A stretch of 64,000 nucleotides of DNA, from positions 100,960 through 164,959 of the forward strand of contig CAKOQD010000001.1 in assembly GCA_934101185.1 (NCBI GenBank), read 5' to 3'. The position numbers and the translations under genes are program-made. The notes beneath the pieces are model-generated. The model worked only from the letters and a program-made list of their open reading frames with translations, was not told the DNA's origin and searched no databases. Of this stretch, positions 19,133-29,230 are shown piece after piece; position 1 is the stretch's first letter, and each line of letters begins with the position of its first letter. This stretch comes from an uncultured Bacilli bacterium. GTDB lineage: Bacteria; Bacillota_I; Bacilli_A; RF39; UBA660.

Positions 19133-21226
19133 ATGAATATGAATTATGAAGAAGAAAAAAATCCATTAGAAAAATATGGACGAAATATAAACGAACAAGT
19201 AAAACAAGGTAAAATGGATCCAATCATAGGTAGAGATGAAGAAATAAGAAACATTACAAGAATACTATCTAGAAAAACAAAAAATAACCCTGTTTTAATT
19301 GGTGAACCAGGTGTTGGTAAAACAGCAATTATCGAAGGACTTGCCCAAAGAATAGTCAAAAACGATATTCCTGAATGCTTAAAAGATAAAATAATTTGGG
19401 AATTAGACATGGCATCCCTAATCGCCGGAGCCAAATACCGTGGTGAATTCGAAGAAAGACTTAAAAACGTCTTAAACGAAGTTAAAAAATCAAATGGACA
19501 AATAATAATGTTTATCGATGAAATCCATACAATCGTAGGATCAGGTGGCGTCGAAGGAGCAATGGATACATCAAATATCCTAAAACCAATGCTTGCTCGT
19601 GGTGAGATACACGTAATCGGTGCAACTACCCTAAACGAATATAGAAAATACATTGAAAAAGACGGAGCACTAGAAAGAAGATTTCAAAAAGTAAAAGTAT
19701 CTGAACCAACTGTCGAAGATACAATCACAATCCTTCGTGGATTAAAAGAAAGATTTGAAATTCATCACGGAGTAACAATTCAAGACAAAGCATTAGTATC
19801 CGCAGCAGTAATGTCAAACAGATACATAACAGACAGATACTTACCAGACAAAGCAATAGACCTAATCGATGAAGCATGTGCAACAATAAGAGTACAAATG
19901 GATTCAGTTCCAAACGAATTAGACGAACTAACAAGAAACATTATGCGTCTTGAAATAGAAAAACAAGCCCTAAAAAAAGAAAAAGATGAACTTTCTAAAC
20001 AAAGACTAAATAAAATTGATGAAGAATTAGTAACACTAAAAGAAAAAGAAAACATCTTAAAATCAAAATGGGAAGAAGAAAAGAAAACAAATAGTGAAAT
20101 AAAAGAATTAAAACAAGAAATTGAACATAAAAAGTTTGAACTTGAACAAGCAGAAAATAACTATGACTTAGAAACTGCTGCAAGATTAAAACACGGAACA
20201 ATTCCAAAACTAGAACAACAATTAGAGGAAAAAAGAAAAGAAACTTCTAACCAAATACTAAGCGAAACAGTAACCGAAGAAAAAGTAGCAGAAATAATCG
20301 CTAAATGGACTAATATTCCAGTAAGCAAACTTATCAGTAGCGAAAGAGAAAAACTTCTAAACCTAGAACAAAACATGAAAAAAAGAGTTAAAGGTCAAGA
20401 CGAAGCCCTTCACTTAGTCGCAGAAGCAATTATAAAATCAAGAAGCGGTATAAAAGATCCAAACAAACCAATTGGCTCATTCATGTTTCTAGGACCAACC
20501 GGAGTTGGTAAAACCGAAGTAGCAAGAACATTAGCTTACGAACTATTCGACGATGAAAAACACATGATAAGAATTGATATGTCTGAATACATGGAAAAAT
20601 TCTCTACTTCAAGACTAATCGGATCCCCTCCAGGATACGTTGGATACGATGAAGGTGGACAATTAACCGAAGCAGTAAGAAGAAATCCATATAGTATCGT
20701 TTTATTCGACGAAATAGAAAAAGCCCATCCTGAAGTATTAAACCTATTACTTCAAATACTAGACGATGGTAGAATAACAGATTCAAATGGTAGAACAGTA
20801 GACTTTAAAAACACAATAATTATTATGACATCAAACATCGGTAGTGATCACGTTCTAGAAAATAATAAAGACGAAGTATTAAAAGAATTAAAACAAATAT
20901 TAAAACCAGAATTCATAAACAGAATTGATGAAATAATAGTATTCAATCAATTAACAAAAGACGTAATGTACGAAATACTAGACAAACTAATTAAAAACCT
21001 AGAACAAAGACTAAGCGATAAACAAATAAAAATAGAATTAACACAAAAAGCAAAAGACCACTTAGTAGAACAAGGATATGATCCATCATTCGGTGCAAGA
21101 CCACTAAAAAGAGTTGTTTCAAAAGAAATCGAAGAAGTTCTAGCACATAAAATAATAAATGATGAAATAACTCCTGGTAAAACAATAACATTTGATTACC
21201 AAGATAACAAAATTGAGGTTAAATAG
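19133..21226 (+). CDS. clpB: ATP-dependent chaperone ClpB lacking the N-terminal domain
   Basis: GGGAGG RBS. Two AAA+ modules (GEPGVGKTA; GPTGVGKTE), a long coiled-coil M-domain, and [13 protein letters not shown]. The gene begins directly at NBD1. Confidence 0.8.
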   Translation: MNMNYEEEKNPLEKYGRNINEQVKQGKMDPIIGRDEEIRNITRILSRKTKNNPVLIGEPGVGKTAIIEGLAQRIVKNDIPECLKDKIIWELDMASLIAGAKYRGEFEERLKNVLNEVKKSNGQIIMFIDEIHTIVGSGGVEGAMDTSNILKPMLARGEIHVIGATTLNEYRKYIEKDGALERRFQKVKVSEPTVEDTITILRGLKERFEIHHGVTIQDKALVSAAVMSNRYITDRYLPDKAIDLIDEACATIRVQMDSVPNELDELTRNIMRLEIEKQALKKEKDELSKQRLNKIDEELVTLKEKENILKSKWEEEKKTNSEIKELKQEIEHKKFELEQAENNYDLETAARLKHGTIPKLEQQLEEKRKETSNQILSETVTEEKVAEIIAKWTNIPVSKLISSEREKLLNLEQNMKKRVKGQDEALHLVAEAIIKSRSGIKDPNKPIGSFMFLGPTGVGKTEVARTLAYELFDDEKHMIRIDMSEYMEKFSTSRLIGSPPGYVGYDEGGQLTEAVRRNPYSIVLFDEIEKAHPEVLNLLLQILDDGRITDSNGRTVDFKNTIIIMTSNIGSDHVLENNKDEVLKELKQILKPEFINRIDEIIVFNQLTKDVMYEILDKLIKNLEQRLSDKQIKIELTQKAKDHLVEQGYDPSFGARPLKRVVSKEIEEVLAHKIINDEITPGKTITFDYQDNKIEVK

Positions 21227-21236
21227 CCTCTTTTTG
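21215..21236 (+). terminator. weak terminator after clpB
   Basis: gaggtt-aaat-agcctc stem plus T-run. Confidence 0.35.
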
Positions 21237-21327
21237 TTTACATTAAAAGCAATAAAACATTTGATTATTGCATAAAATAGTGATAAGATAATTATAAGTC
21301 TGTAAGACAAAAAAAGGAGGAAAAATT

Positions 21328-21870
21328 ATGGAATTAAAAGGAAGCAAAACAGAAGCTAATTTAATGTCCGCATTCGCTGGAGAATCCCAAGCAAGAAACA
21401 AATACACATACTATGCATCAAAAGCTAGAAAAGATGGATATGAACAAATCGCAGAAATTTTCGAAGAAACTGCTAATAACGAAAAAGAACATGCAAAACT
21501 ATGGTTTAAAGAACTACACAACGGTGAAGTACCATCTACACTAGAAAACCTAAAAGATGCCGCAGCAGGAGAAAACTACGAATGGACTGACATGTATCAA
21601 GAATTTGCAAAAACTGCAAAAGAAGAAGGATTCACTAGAATAGCATACCTTTTCGAAGAAGTTGCTAAAATCGAAAAAGAACATGAAGAAAGATACTTAA
21701 CTCTTCTAAAAAATATTGAAGACGATTCCGTTTTCCATAAAAACGAAGATAAAATATGGATATGTAGAAACTGTGGACACGTATATATAGGAAAAGATGC
21801 TCTTGAAATCTGCCCTGTATGTAAACATCCAAAAAGTTTTATGGAAGTAAAAAAAGATAACTATAAATAA
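21328..21870 (+). CDS. rbr: rubrerythrin
   Basis: Diiron ExxH motifs and a C-terminal rubredoxin-like CRNCGH...CPVCKHP. Confidence 0.85.
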   Translation: MELKGSKTEANLMSAFAGESQARNKYTYYASKARKDGYEQIAEIFEETANNEKEHAKLWFKELHNGEVPSTLENLKDAAAGENYEWTDMYQEFAKTAKEEGFTRIAYLFEEVAKIEKEHEERYLTLLKNIEDDSVFHKNEDKIWICRNCGHVYIGKDALEICPVCKHPKSFMEVKKDNYK

Positions 21871-21894
21871 GATATAAATATTATATCTTTTTTT
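21871..21894 (+). terminator. rho-independent terminator after rbr
   Basis: gatataa-ata-ttatatc stem followed by ttttttt. Confidence 0.55.
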
Positions 21895-21933
21895 ATAAAA
21901 ACATATAATTAATAGAAAGAAGGAAGGAATAAT

Positions 21934-23697
21934 ATGTGTGGAATAGTAGGATACAAAGGTAACAATAATAATGCTATAAAAGTAGTAATCGAAGGACTAG
22001 AAAACCTAGAATACAGAGGCTACGATTCAGCAGGTATAGCCTACCTAAAAGAAAATAAAATAATTATAGAAAAAGAAGCAGGAAGAATCAAAAATCTAAA
22101 AGATAAACTAGATTTAGAAGACAAATCAAACCTTGCAATTGGACACACTAGATGGGCTACTCATGGCATCCCAACAAGAACCAATGCTCATCCTCATCAA
22201 GTAGGAAAATTCACCATGGTACATAACGGTATAATAGAAAACTACCTAACTCTAAAAGAAGAACTGCTAAAAAATAATTATACTTTTAAAAGTGATACTG
22301 ATACTGAAATAGCATGCGCTTACTTAGACTATCTTTATAAACAAGAAAAAGACATTTTAAAATCATTACAAAAACTAATCCAAGTAATAAAAGGATCATA
22401 TGCATTTGGAATAATATGCGAAGATGATAAAGACCATTTATACGCACTAAGATCATCAAGTCCTTTAATAATAGCACTAGGAAAAAATGAAAACTATATA
22501 GCATCAGACGTACCTGCAATACTTAAATATACAAATAAATACATAATTTTAGAAAACTATGAAATAGCTAAAATAAGCAATAATAATATAACCATTTATA
22601 ACAAAGAACTACAAGAAGTAAACAAAACAATCAACACCTATGAAGGAACATATGAATCAAGCATAAAAGGAGACTACGAACACTTCATGCTAAAAGAAAT
22701 AAACGAAGAACCAGACACATTTGAAAAAACCATAAACAACTGCTTAGAAAACAATTTCAAAGACATAGACTTAAAAAAATACACAAACATTCACATAGTA
22801 GCATGCGGTTCTGCATACCATGCCGGACTAGTAGGAAAATACTTAATTGAAAAATATGCAAACATTAAAGTATACACCCAAGTAGCAAGTGAATATAGAT
22901 ATGAAAAAACATTTTACGATAAGAATACACTAGTCATTTTAATATCCCAATCTGGTGAAACAGCAGACACATTAGCAGCCTTAAGAAAAGCAAAAGATAA
23001 TAACATCGACACCTTAAGTATAGTAAACGTTTTTGCATCTAGCATTGCAAGAGAATCAAAATACGTAATCTATACTAAAGCAGGATGTGAAATTGCAGTA
23101 GCAACAACAAAAGCTTACCTTGCTCAATTAACAGTATTAATTGCTCTAACACTAAAACTAAGTAACAAAAAAATAACTAAAAATGAAATAATAAAACTAA
23201 AAGAGCAAATAACAAACTTAATAAATAAAGATGATTATAAAACTATAGCAAATAAAATATATAAAGCCAAAAACATATTCTTCATAGGAAGAGGAATTGA
23301 CTATGCACTTTGTATGGAAGGATCATTAAAACTAAAAGAAATATCATACATAAACAGCGTAGCCTATCAAGCCGGAGAACTAAAACACGGTACAATATCC
23401 CTAATCGAAGAAAATACTCCAGTAATAGCAATACTAACCGAAGAAGACCTTATAGAAAAAACAATAAGTAATATTAAAGAAGTAAAAGCACGCGGTGCTC
23501 ATACAATAATAATTACAAACAAAGACATACAAGGAGATTTCTACGATGAAAAAATAATAATTCCTAAAACAAATGAATTATTCCAACAATTACTTACAAT
23601 AATACCACTTCAACTAATAGCATACGAAGTAGCAAAACTAAACAACTGTGACATAGACAAACCAAAAAACCTAGCAAAATCAGTCACTGTAGAATAA
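21934..23697 (+). CDS. glmS: glutamine--fructose-6-phosphate aminotransferase GlmS
   Basis: MCGIVGY N-terminal nucleophile, two SIS domains, C-terminal KSVTVE. Confidence 0.9.
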   Translation: MCGIVGYKGNNNNAIKVVIEGLENLEYRGYDSAGIAYLKENKIIIEKEAGRIKNLKDKLDLEDKSNLAIGHTRWATHGIPTRTNAHPHQVGKFTMVHNGIIENYLTLKEELLKNNYTFKSDTDTEIACAYLDYLYKQEKDILKSLQKLIQVIKGSYAFGIICEDDKDHLYALRSSSPLIIALGKNENYIASDVPAILKYTNKYIILENYEIAKISNNNITIYNKELQEVNKTINTYEGTYESSIKGDYEHFMLKEINEEPDTFEKTINNCLENNFKDIDLKKYTNIHIVACGSAYHAGLVGKYLIEKYANIKVYTQVASEYRYEKTFYDKNTLVILISQSGETADTLAALRKAKDNNIDTLSIVNVFASSIARESKYVIYTKAGCEIAVATTKAYLAQLTVLIALTLKLSNKKITKNEIIKLKEQITNLINKDDYKTIANKIYKAKNIFFIGRGIDYALCMEGSLKLKEISYINSVAYQAGELKHGTISLIEENTPVIAILTEEDLIEKTISNIKEVKARGAHTIIITNKDIQGDFYDEKIIIPKTNELFQQLLTIIPLQLIAYEVAKLNNCDIDKPKNLAKSVTVE

Positions 23698-23722
23698 AAG
23701 GATAGCCAAAACTATCCTTTTA
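23697..23722. terminator. bidirectional terminator between glmS and htrA
   Basis: aaggatag-ccaaaa-ctatcctt hairpin with T-rich flanks. Confidence 0.55.
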
Positions 23723-24827
23723 ATTTTCCTAAAACAATTTCCTTAGTAACACTCTTACCATTTCTAATAAATGTAATAGATACTTTATCCCCTGCTTTAT
23801 GTTTATAAAGTTCATACCTTAAGTATGCAATATTATCAGTAGAATTGCCACCAAGTTTGGTGATAACGTCACCCTTTACTAAAACACCATTAACACAAGA
23901 ATCTTTCTCAACTTCTGCAACAACTACTCCAGTATCAACCGAAGTACTAATATCAATATCAAAATATCTTGAATAAGACGCATCACTTGCATTATACATT
24001 CTAATACCTAAATAAGGTCTTTCAATAGCCTTACCACTTTCAAAAACAGAAATATTAGAAATTACATCCTCAATTGGAAGAGCAAACCCCATTCCTTCAA
24101 TTTCGCTTTTAACAATCTTTAAAGAATTAATACCAATTACTTTTCCGTTTGAATCAACCAAAGGACCTCCACTATTACCAGGATTAATTGATGCATCAGT
24201 TTGTAAAACCTTTAAAACATAATCATCAACATTACTATTTGATGATGAAAGTGATAAACTAACAAGTCTATCTTTACCAGATAATATTCCACGTGTTACT
24301 GTACCTCTATATTGATAATCAACCGGAGTACCAACAGTAAACACAGTATCACCTAAACGAACCTTAGAACTCTCTCCTATTTCAGCAACTTTTAATACAT
24401 CAGAAGAATTAATCTTTAATACCGCAACATCTAAGTATTCATCACCACCAACATAAGAAGCATTAATAACCTTATCATCACTTCTTACAACCTTAAGCGA
24501 AGTATTACCACTAACAACATGATAATTAGTAAGAATATAACCATTCTTAGAATCAATCTTATATGCAAAACCAGTTCCAGTCGAATACAACTTATTATTC
24601 TTATAATTTTGTACCAAGAACACAGCTTTATAAACCTTATCAACAGCATCCGCTATACCCTTATCAGTAACAGTAACCTTATTTTCACACCCAGTATAAC
24701 ATGTACCATTATTTGAAGTATTAACAGTAAAAAGCTCATCTTTATAAACATATATACCACCAACAGTAACAAATATACCAAGTAAAAATATTAAAATATA
24801 ACTAAGCATTTTCTTATCATTATTCAT
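23712..24827 (-). CDS. htrA: HtrA/DegP-family serine protease with a PDZ domain
   Basis: N-terminal TM segment, trypsin-like triad (TNYHVV; GNSGGPL) and a C-terminal PDZ domain. Confidence 0.8.
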   Translation of the reverse strand: MNNDKKMLSYILIFLLGIFVTVGGIYVYKDELFTVNTSNNGTCYTGCENKVTVTDKGIADAVDKVYKAVFLVQNYKNNKLYSTGTGFAYKIDSKNGYILTNYHVVSGNTSLKVVRSDDKVINASYVGGDEYLDVAVLKINSSDVLKVAEIGESSKVRLGDTVFTVGTPVDYQYRGTVTRGILSGKDRLVSLSLSSSNSNVDDYVLKVLQTDASINPGNSGGPLVDSNGKVIGINSLKIVKSEIEGMGFALPIEDVISNISVFESGKAIERPYLGIRMYNASDASYSRYFDIDISTSVDTGVVVAEVEKDSCVNGVLVKGDVITKLGGNSTDNIAYLRYELYKHKAGDKVSITFIRNGKSVTKEIVLGKLKG

Positions 24828-25775
24828 CTAAAACAACTCCTTTTTCTCTATATCAACAATATCCATATAATTATTAGGAAATCCCATCCTATCAAGAACC
24901 TTATCAATAGGAATACTCCTTAAATTAAACTCTAAATTACTAATCGCTTTATCAACCTCATTAATCATATCCTTAACTTCATTATCCTTAAGCAAAGACT
25001 TTAAAATTATAACAAGAGCATATAAATCATTCTTACCATATATAAACTCATTATCCATCATAGGAATATTAAGTATTCTATGATATTTAGTATCATTAAT
25101 ATACTTTTGAGTTCTATTATCAAACATTATATCCTCATGAGCACATAAATTACGATAATTAGAAAGTATAACCAAGTAATTAGAAAAAACATCTATATCC
25201 AAATCATACAAATCAACAATCTCATACTGATCCTCTTTCTTTAAAACAGAAAAAAGTTCAGAAACAATTCCAAAAGATAATACTTTAACAAGAACCCATA
25301 AAGGAATATAACCATAATTATTAACATAATGTTGAGTAGCAGCATGCTGAGTAGCATTAGTTTTAATTTGTCTTTTCATCTTAGATATAAGATCACTAAC
25401 CTGCTTTCTCTTCGCACCATTATTAACAAAGTTATTTGGATTTAAATAATCTTTTTCTTTATAACCATATTTTTTAGACAATTGATAAGAAATAATAGAC
25501 TTTACATTATTCTCAACAATCAAAATATTTTTAAAAAATATACTTCTAAGTCTTCGATCAAACAAAAACAAACTATATAATTCCTCAATTTTAGTCCCAG
25601 GAATATACATACTATTATCTGAAGATTTCATAAACAAATGACGATAACCATTCAAAAAGAAATAATTTTCACGAAGTAATATTTCCTTAGCATAATCTTC
25701 ATTATCTATAACTAATCCTTTATTTCTAAGGATTTCAACTTGTTCATCTAAAGTTTTAAATATTTTCTTCCCCAT
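24828..25775 (-). CDS. Abi2-family (AbiD/AbiF-like, HEPN-domain) putative abortive-infection protein
   Basis: Abi_2-like layout including LSFGIVSELF and an Rx4H HEPN motif (RNLCAHED). Own promoter (TTGAAA-18-TGcTATAAT at 25799-25828) and AGGAGAA RBS. Confidence 0.5.
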   Translation of the reverse strand: MGKKIFKTLDEQVEILRNKGLVIDNEDYAKEILLRENYFFLNGYRHLFMKSSDNSMYIPGTKIEELYSLFLFDRRLRSIFFKNILIVENNVKSIISYQLSKKYGYKEKDYLNPNNFVNNGAKRKQVSDLISKMKRQIKTNATQHAATQHYVNNYGYIPLWVLVKVLSFGIVSELFSVLKKEDQYEIVDLYDLDIDVFSNYLVILSNYRNLCAHEDIMFDNRTQKYINDTKYHRILNIPMMDNEFIYGKNDLYALVIILKSLLKDNEVKDMINEVDKAISNLEFNLRSIPIDKVLDRMGFPNNYMDIVDIEKKELF

Positions 25776-25850
25776 ATCTTTATTCTCCTAACAATAAAAT
25801 TATAGCACAAAAGACACATCACTTTCAATAAAACAATATACAAAATTAAG

Positions 25851-25885
25851 ACAAAAGAAAACCTTGAAATAAACATTTCAAGGTT
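25851..25885 (-). terminator. rho-independent terminator of rplM-rpsI
   Basis: aaccttgaaa-taaaca-tttcaaggtt stem plus T-run. Confidence 0.6.
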
Positions 25886-25897
25886 ATTAAACACATA

Positions 25898-26320
25898 CTA
25901 TCTCTTACTAAATTGAGGAGCACGTCTTGCTTTCTTAAGACCTGGTTTCTTACGTTCTTTAATTCTAGAATCACGAGTAATAAATCCAGCTCTTTTTAAT
26001 ATCTTTCTAAAACTTGTTTCTTCAGAAGCATCAGTTACATCTGATTCAAGCAAAGCTCTAACAATACCTAATCTGATTGCACCAGTTTGTCCTGAAAAAC
26101 CTCCACCTTTAACTTCTGCTACTACATCATACTTTTCTCTAGTTTCAGTTAAATCTAAAGGTTGACATAAATCCATAACTAAAGTTTCAAAAGGGAAATA
26201 TTCATAAACATCTTTTCCATTAACAGTAATCTTTCCAGTACCTTCAACTAATTTAACCTTAGCAATACTAGTTTTTCTTTTTCCTGTTCCATAATAACAA
26301 GTATTTTCTTTCTTAGCCAT
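25898..26320 (-). CDS. rpsI: 30S ribosomal protein S9
   Basis: [14 protein letters not shown]...[12 protein letters not shown]. Confidence 0.9.
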   Translation of the reverse strand: MAKKENTCYYGTGKRKTSIAKVKLVEGTGKITVNGKDVYEYFPFETLVMDLCQPLDLTETREKYDVVAEVKGGGFSGQTGAIRLGIVRALLESDVTDASEETSFRKILKRAGFITRDSRIKERKKPGLKKARRAPQFSKR

Positions 26321-26331
26321 AACTTACCTCC

Positions 26332-26763
26332 CTATTTAACTTCAAGCACTTCTGGCTTTTGAGCCATATGTGGATGAGTTTCTCCTTCATAAACAAATAA
26401 TTTCTTAGCCATTGCTCTACCTAATCTATTATGAGGTAGCATTCCTTTAACAGCTCTTTCAACCATTTCAACTGGATACTTTTCTTTCATTTCTCTAGCA
26501 GTTCTTTCTCTTAAACCACCAGTATATCCAGAATGGTTGTAATAAATTTTCTTATCTAACTTATTACCAGTAAGATTTACTTTACCAGCATTAGTGATAA
26601 TAATATAATCCCCACAATCAATATGTGGTGTATAAGTAGCTTTATGTTTTCCTCTTAACATATGAGCAACTTTACTAGCTAAACGTCCTAAAGTAACATC
26701 AGTAGCATCAATGACATACCAATTACGTTCAACTGTTTCTTTTTTTTGCATATAACTTTTCAT
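26332..26763 (-). CDS. rplM: 50S ribosomal protein L13
   Basis: [39 protein letters not shown]. Promoter TTGACT-17-TATAAT at 26854-26882. Confidence 0.9.
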   Translation of the reverse strand: MKSYMQKKETVERNWYVIDATDVTLGRLASKVAHMLRGKHKATYTPHIDCGDYIIITNAGKVNLTGNKLDKKIYYNHSGYTGGLRERTAREMKEKYPVEMVERAVKGMLPHNRLGRAMAKKLFVYEGETHPHMAQKPEVLEVK

Positions 26764-26929
26764 AATTTAAATCCTCCTATTTTTTTATATTAATTAATAT
26801 AAGAGTTCCCAATTCCCATAAAAATCAATATATAAGAAAATGTACCGACTAAAATTATACTAAAATTATACGTTTAAGTCAATAGTTTTAGCACTTTTTT
26901 AACACACTTTAAACATTATCTTACAAAAC

Positions 26930-28507
26930 TTACTTTCCACTTTCTCCATAATTAGATAAAACCCTAGCAGAAGGATCATCAACATCACATCCTACCCAGT
27001 TTTTATTTGGCATCCAATAATCAACAATCATATCATCCAAAGAAGGATAATACTTTTCAAATATTTCACGATAAAGCAACGATTCTTTAGTAAAAGGTCT
27101 ATTTTTAATCGGATACTTAAGTATCAAACGTTCAAACTCATCATCACTATATTTTTCTGAAGCATACTCTTTTAAATAATCAACCATCGAATGACCAACA
27201 GCATCACTAAACGCAGCCTTTTCACGATATAAAATATCATCAGGCAAATACCCATCAGAAAAAGCTTTTCTTAATAAATACTTTCCTTTATTATAAACAT
27301 TCATTTTCTTTAAAGGATTAATCCCCATAACATAATTAACAAAACTCAAATCTGCAAAAGGAACCCTAGCCTCAAGAGAACACCCAGATATACACCTATC
27401 AGCACGTAAAACATCATACATATAAAGCTCCCTTATTCTTTTTTCACTCTCTTTTTGAAACTCCAAAGCTGATGGAGCAAAATCAGTATACTTATATCCA
27501 AAAAGTTCATCGCTAACTTCACCAGTAAGTAATACCTTTATATCAGTATTATCCCTAATCCACTTAGTAAGAATATACATTCCAATAGAAGCCCTAATAG
27601 TAGTAATATCCCAAGTCTCTAAATGATATATAACCTCATCCAAAGAAGAAATAACATCAAAAGGAGTCATAATAACCTCAGTATGAAAACTTCCAATAAA
27701 ATCCGCCACCTCTTTAGCATACTTTAAATCAATAGCATCACTTTCCATACCAATTGCAAATGTTCTAATTGGCTCTTTCATATTTCTAGAAGCAATACAA
27801 CATACTAAACTAGAATCTAAACCACCACTAAGTAAAAAACCACAAGAAGCATCAGAATCAATCCTTTTTATAACGCCTTTCTTAAGTTTTTTTCTAATAT
27901 TATTACAAATAACATCTAAATCATCATCAATAAATTTACTATATTTACAAGCATCATAATACTGAACAAACTCCCCATCTTTATAATAATAACCCGGAGG
28001 AAAAGGCTTAATACCTTTACATAATCCAACCAAAGCCTTTGCCTCACTAGCAAACATTATTTGTCTACTGACAAGAGAATATCCATAAAATAAAGGTCTA
28101 ATCCCAATCGGATCACGCGCGGCAATAAAACTTTTTCCATCAAAAATGACACAAGAAAACTCAGCATCAAGTTTTTTAAACATTTCAACTCCATATTCAT
28201 TATACAAAGGAAGTAGAACTTCACAATCACTATTTGAACAAAATCTATACCCTTTCTTTTCCAAAGATTTTCTTATCTTTCTAAATCCAAATATTTCACC
28301 ATTACATACAACCTTCATATCTTTATAATAAAATGGTTGCATTCCAGCATTAGATAAATCCATAATAGACAAACGATGAAAACCCCACATTCCATTAGTA
28401 AAATCAGTCCTAGAAAAATCAGGACCTCTATAACTAATTTTACAAAACCCCTTTAAAAACTCTTCTTCACTAATATCGTTTTTAGTATAAACCATAAAAC
28501 TACACAT
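26930..28507 (-). CDS. asnB: asparagine synthetase (glutamine-hydrolysing), AsnB family
   Basis: N-terminal Cys2 amidotransferase domain (MCSF..GMWGFHRLSIMD) and a PP-loop SGGLDSS. Confidence 0.8.
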   Translation of the reverse strand: MCSFMVYTKNDISEEEFLKGFCKISYRGPDFSRTDFTNGMWGFHRLSIMDLSNAGMQPFYYKDMKVVCNGEIFGFRKIRKSLEKKGYRFCSNSDCEVLLPLYNEYGVEMFKKLDAEFSCVIFDGKSFIAARDPIGIRPLFYGYSLVSRQIMFASEAKALVGLCKGIKPFPPGYYYKDGEFVQYYDACKYSKFIDDDLDVICNNIRKKLKKGVIKRIDSDASCGFLLSGGLDSSLVCCIASRNMKEPIRTFAIGMESDAIDLKYAKEVADFIGSFHTEVIMTPFDVISSLDEVIYHLETWDITTIRASIGMYILTKWIRDNTDIKVLLTGEVSDELFGYKYTDFAPSALEFQKESEKRIRELYMYDVLRADRCISGCSLEARVPFADLSFVNYVMGINPLKKMNVYNKGKYLLRKAFSDGYLPDDILYREKAAFSDAVGHSMVDYLKEYASEKYSDDEFERLILKYPIKNRPFTKESLLYREIFEKYYPSLDDMIVDYWMPNKNWVGCDVDDPSARVLSNYGESGK

Positions 28508-28525
28508 ATAAATACCTCCCTATAA

Positions 28526-28800
28526 TAAATTAAAAATAACCAGTATTCATCCTACAAAGGGACGAAAACTGGTTATTCCGCGGTACCACCCAATTTATCA
28601 TAAATATTATTTATATGATCACTTTCAGTTCTAACAAACCTAGTATTAAGATAACGGATACAGACCGGCTTAGCCTACTTGCAAACTTTCGGTAAGCAAC
28701 TAAAAAGTGTTATTCACAAAGACTTCATTATTAGTTTCACACTATCACTAACTCACTTTAAACTCCATCAAAGCTACTTCTCTTTCTCAAAGTTATTAAA
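28526..28800 (-). ncRNA. T-box riboswitch leader of asnB (probable Asn specifier)
   Basis: On the minus strand, AAATTGGGTGGTACCGCGG at 28578-28596 matches the T-box consensus. It is followed by a terminator (AATAACCAGT...ACTGGTTATT plus U-run, 28530-28577), then GGGAGG and the ATG. A candidate specifier GAAUAACA (AAC, Asn) lies on the 3' side of stem I. Confidence 0.7.
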
Positions 28801-28803
28801 AAA

Positions 28804-28833
28804 ATTATAATACTCAAAAAAGCAATATGTCAA
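28804..28833 (-). promoter_or_regulatory. sigmaA-type promoter for the asnB T-box leader
   Basis: TTGACA (28828-28833), 18-nt spacer, TATAAT (28804-28809). Confidence 0.55.
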
Positions 28834-28844
28834 GTATTTTTTTA

Positions 28845-28873
28845 AAAAATAAAAAACTCTCATAAAGAGAGTT
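28845..28873 (-). terminator. rho-independent terminator after the tRNA cluster
   Basis: aactctc-ataaa-gagagtt stem plus T-run on the minus strand. Confidence 0.55.
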
Positions 28874-28885
28874 TACTTACATATT

Positions 28886-28962
28886 TGGTGACCCGTACGG
28901 GATTCGAACCCGAGAATGCCACCGTGAAAGGGTGGTGTGTTAAGCCGCTTCACCAACGGGCC
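28886..28962 (-). tRNA. tRNA-Glu (anticodon UUC)
   Basis: Cloverleaf GGCCCGTTGGTGAAGCGG...CCACCCTTTCACGGTGG...GGTTCGAATCCC...CCA; anticodon loop CTTTCAC. Confidence 0.85.
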
Positions 28963-28970
28963 AATAATAA

Positions 28971-29047
28971 TGGCGCCCCAACTAGGACTTGAACCTAGGA
29001 CCCCTTGATTAACAGTCAAGTGCTCTAACCAACTGAGCTATTGAGGC
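28971..29047 (-). tRNA. tRNA-Asn (anticodon GUU)
   Basis: GCCTCAATAGCTCAGTTGGTTAGAGC...CTTGACTGTTAATCAAG...GGTTCAAGTCC...GCGCCA. Confidence 0.85.
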
Positions 29048-29052
29048 ATATA

Positions 29053-29129
<77 letters not shown>

Positions 29130-29230
29130 ACAATGCAAACTTATGTAAGCAATATAAATGATACTATATATTTTATGATTTTGCAAGTGATTTTTTGCAT
29201 TTTTTTAATATTTTTTTATTTTTTTAAAAA

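Noticed and set aside
19144-21191. Several antisense ORFs of 60-170 aa inside clpB (19144-19653, 19725-19934, 19780-20055, 19995-20207, 20161-20376, 20604-20786, 20991-21191)
   Set aside because: They lie opposite a well-supported conserved gene, have L/F/S-rich low-complexity translations typical of antisense frames in AT-rich DNA, and lack an RBS.
26764-26929. Terminator between asnB and rplM
   Set aside because: No convincing stem-loop plus T-run was found. rplM clearly has its own promoter (TTGACT-17-TATAAT), so read-through from asnB is possible but unresolved.
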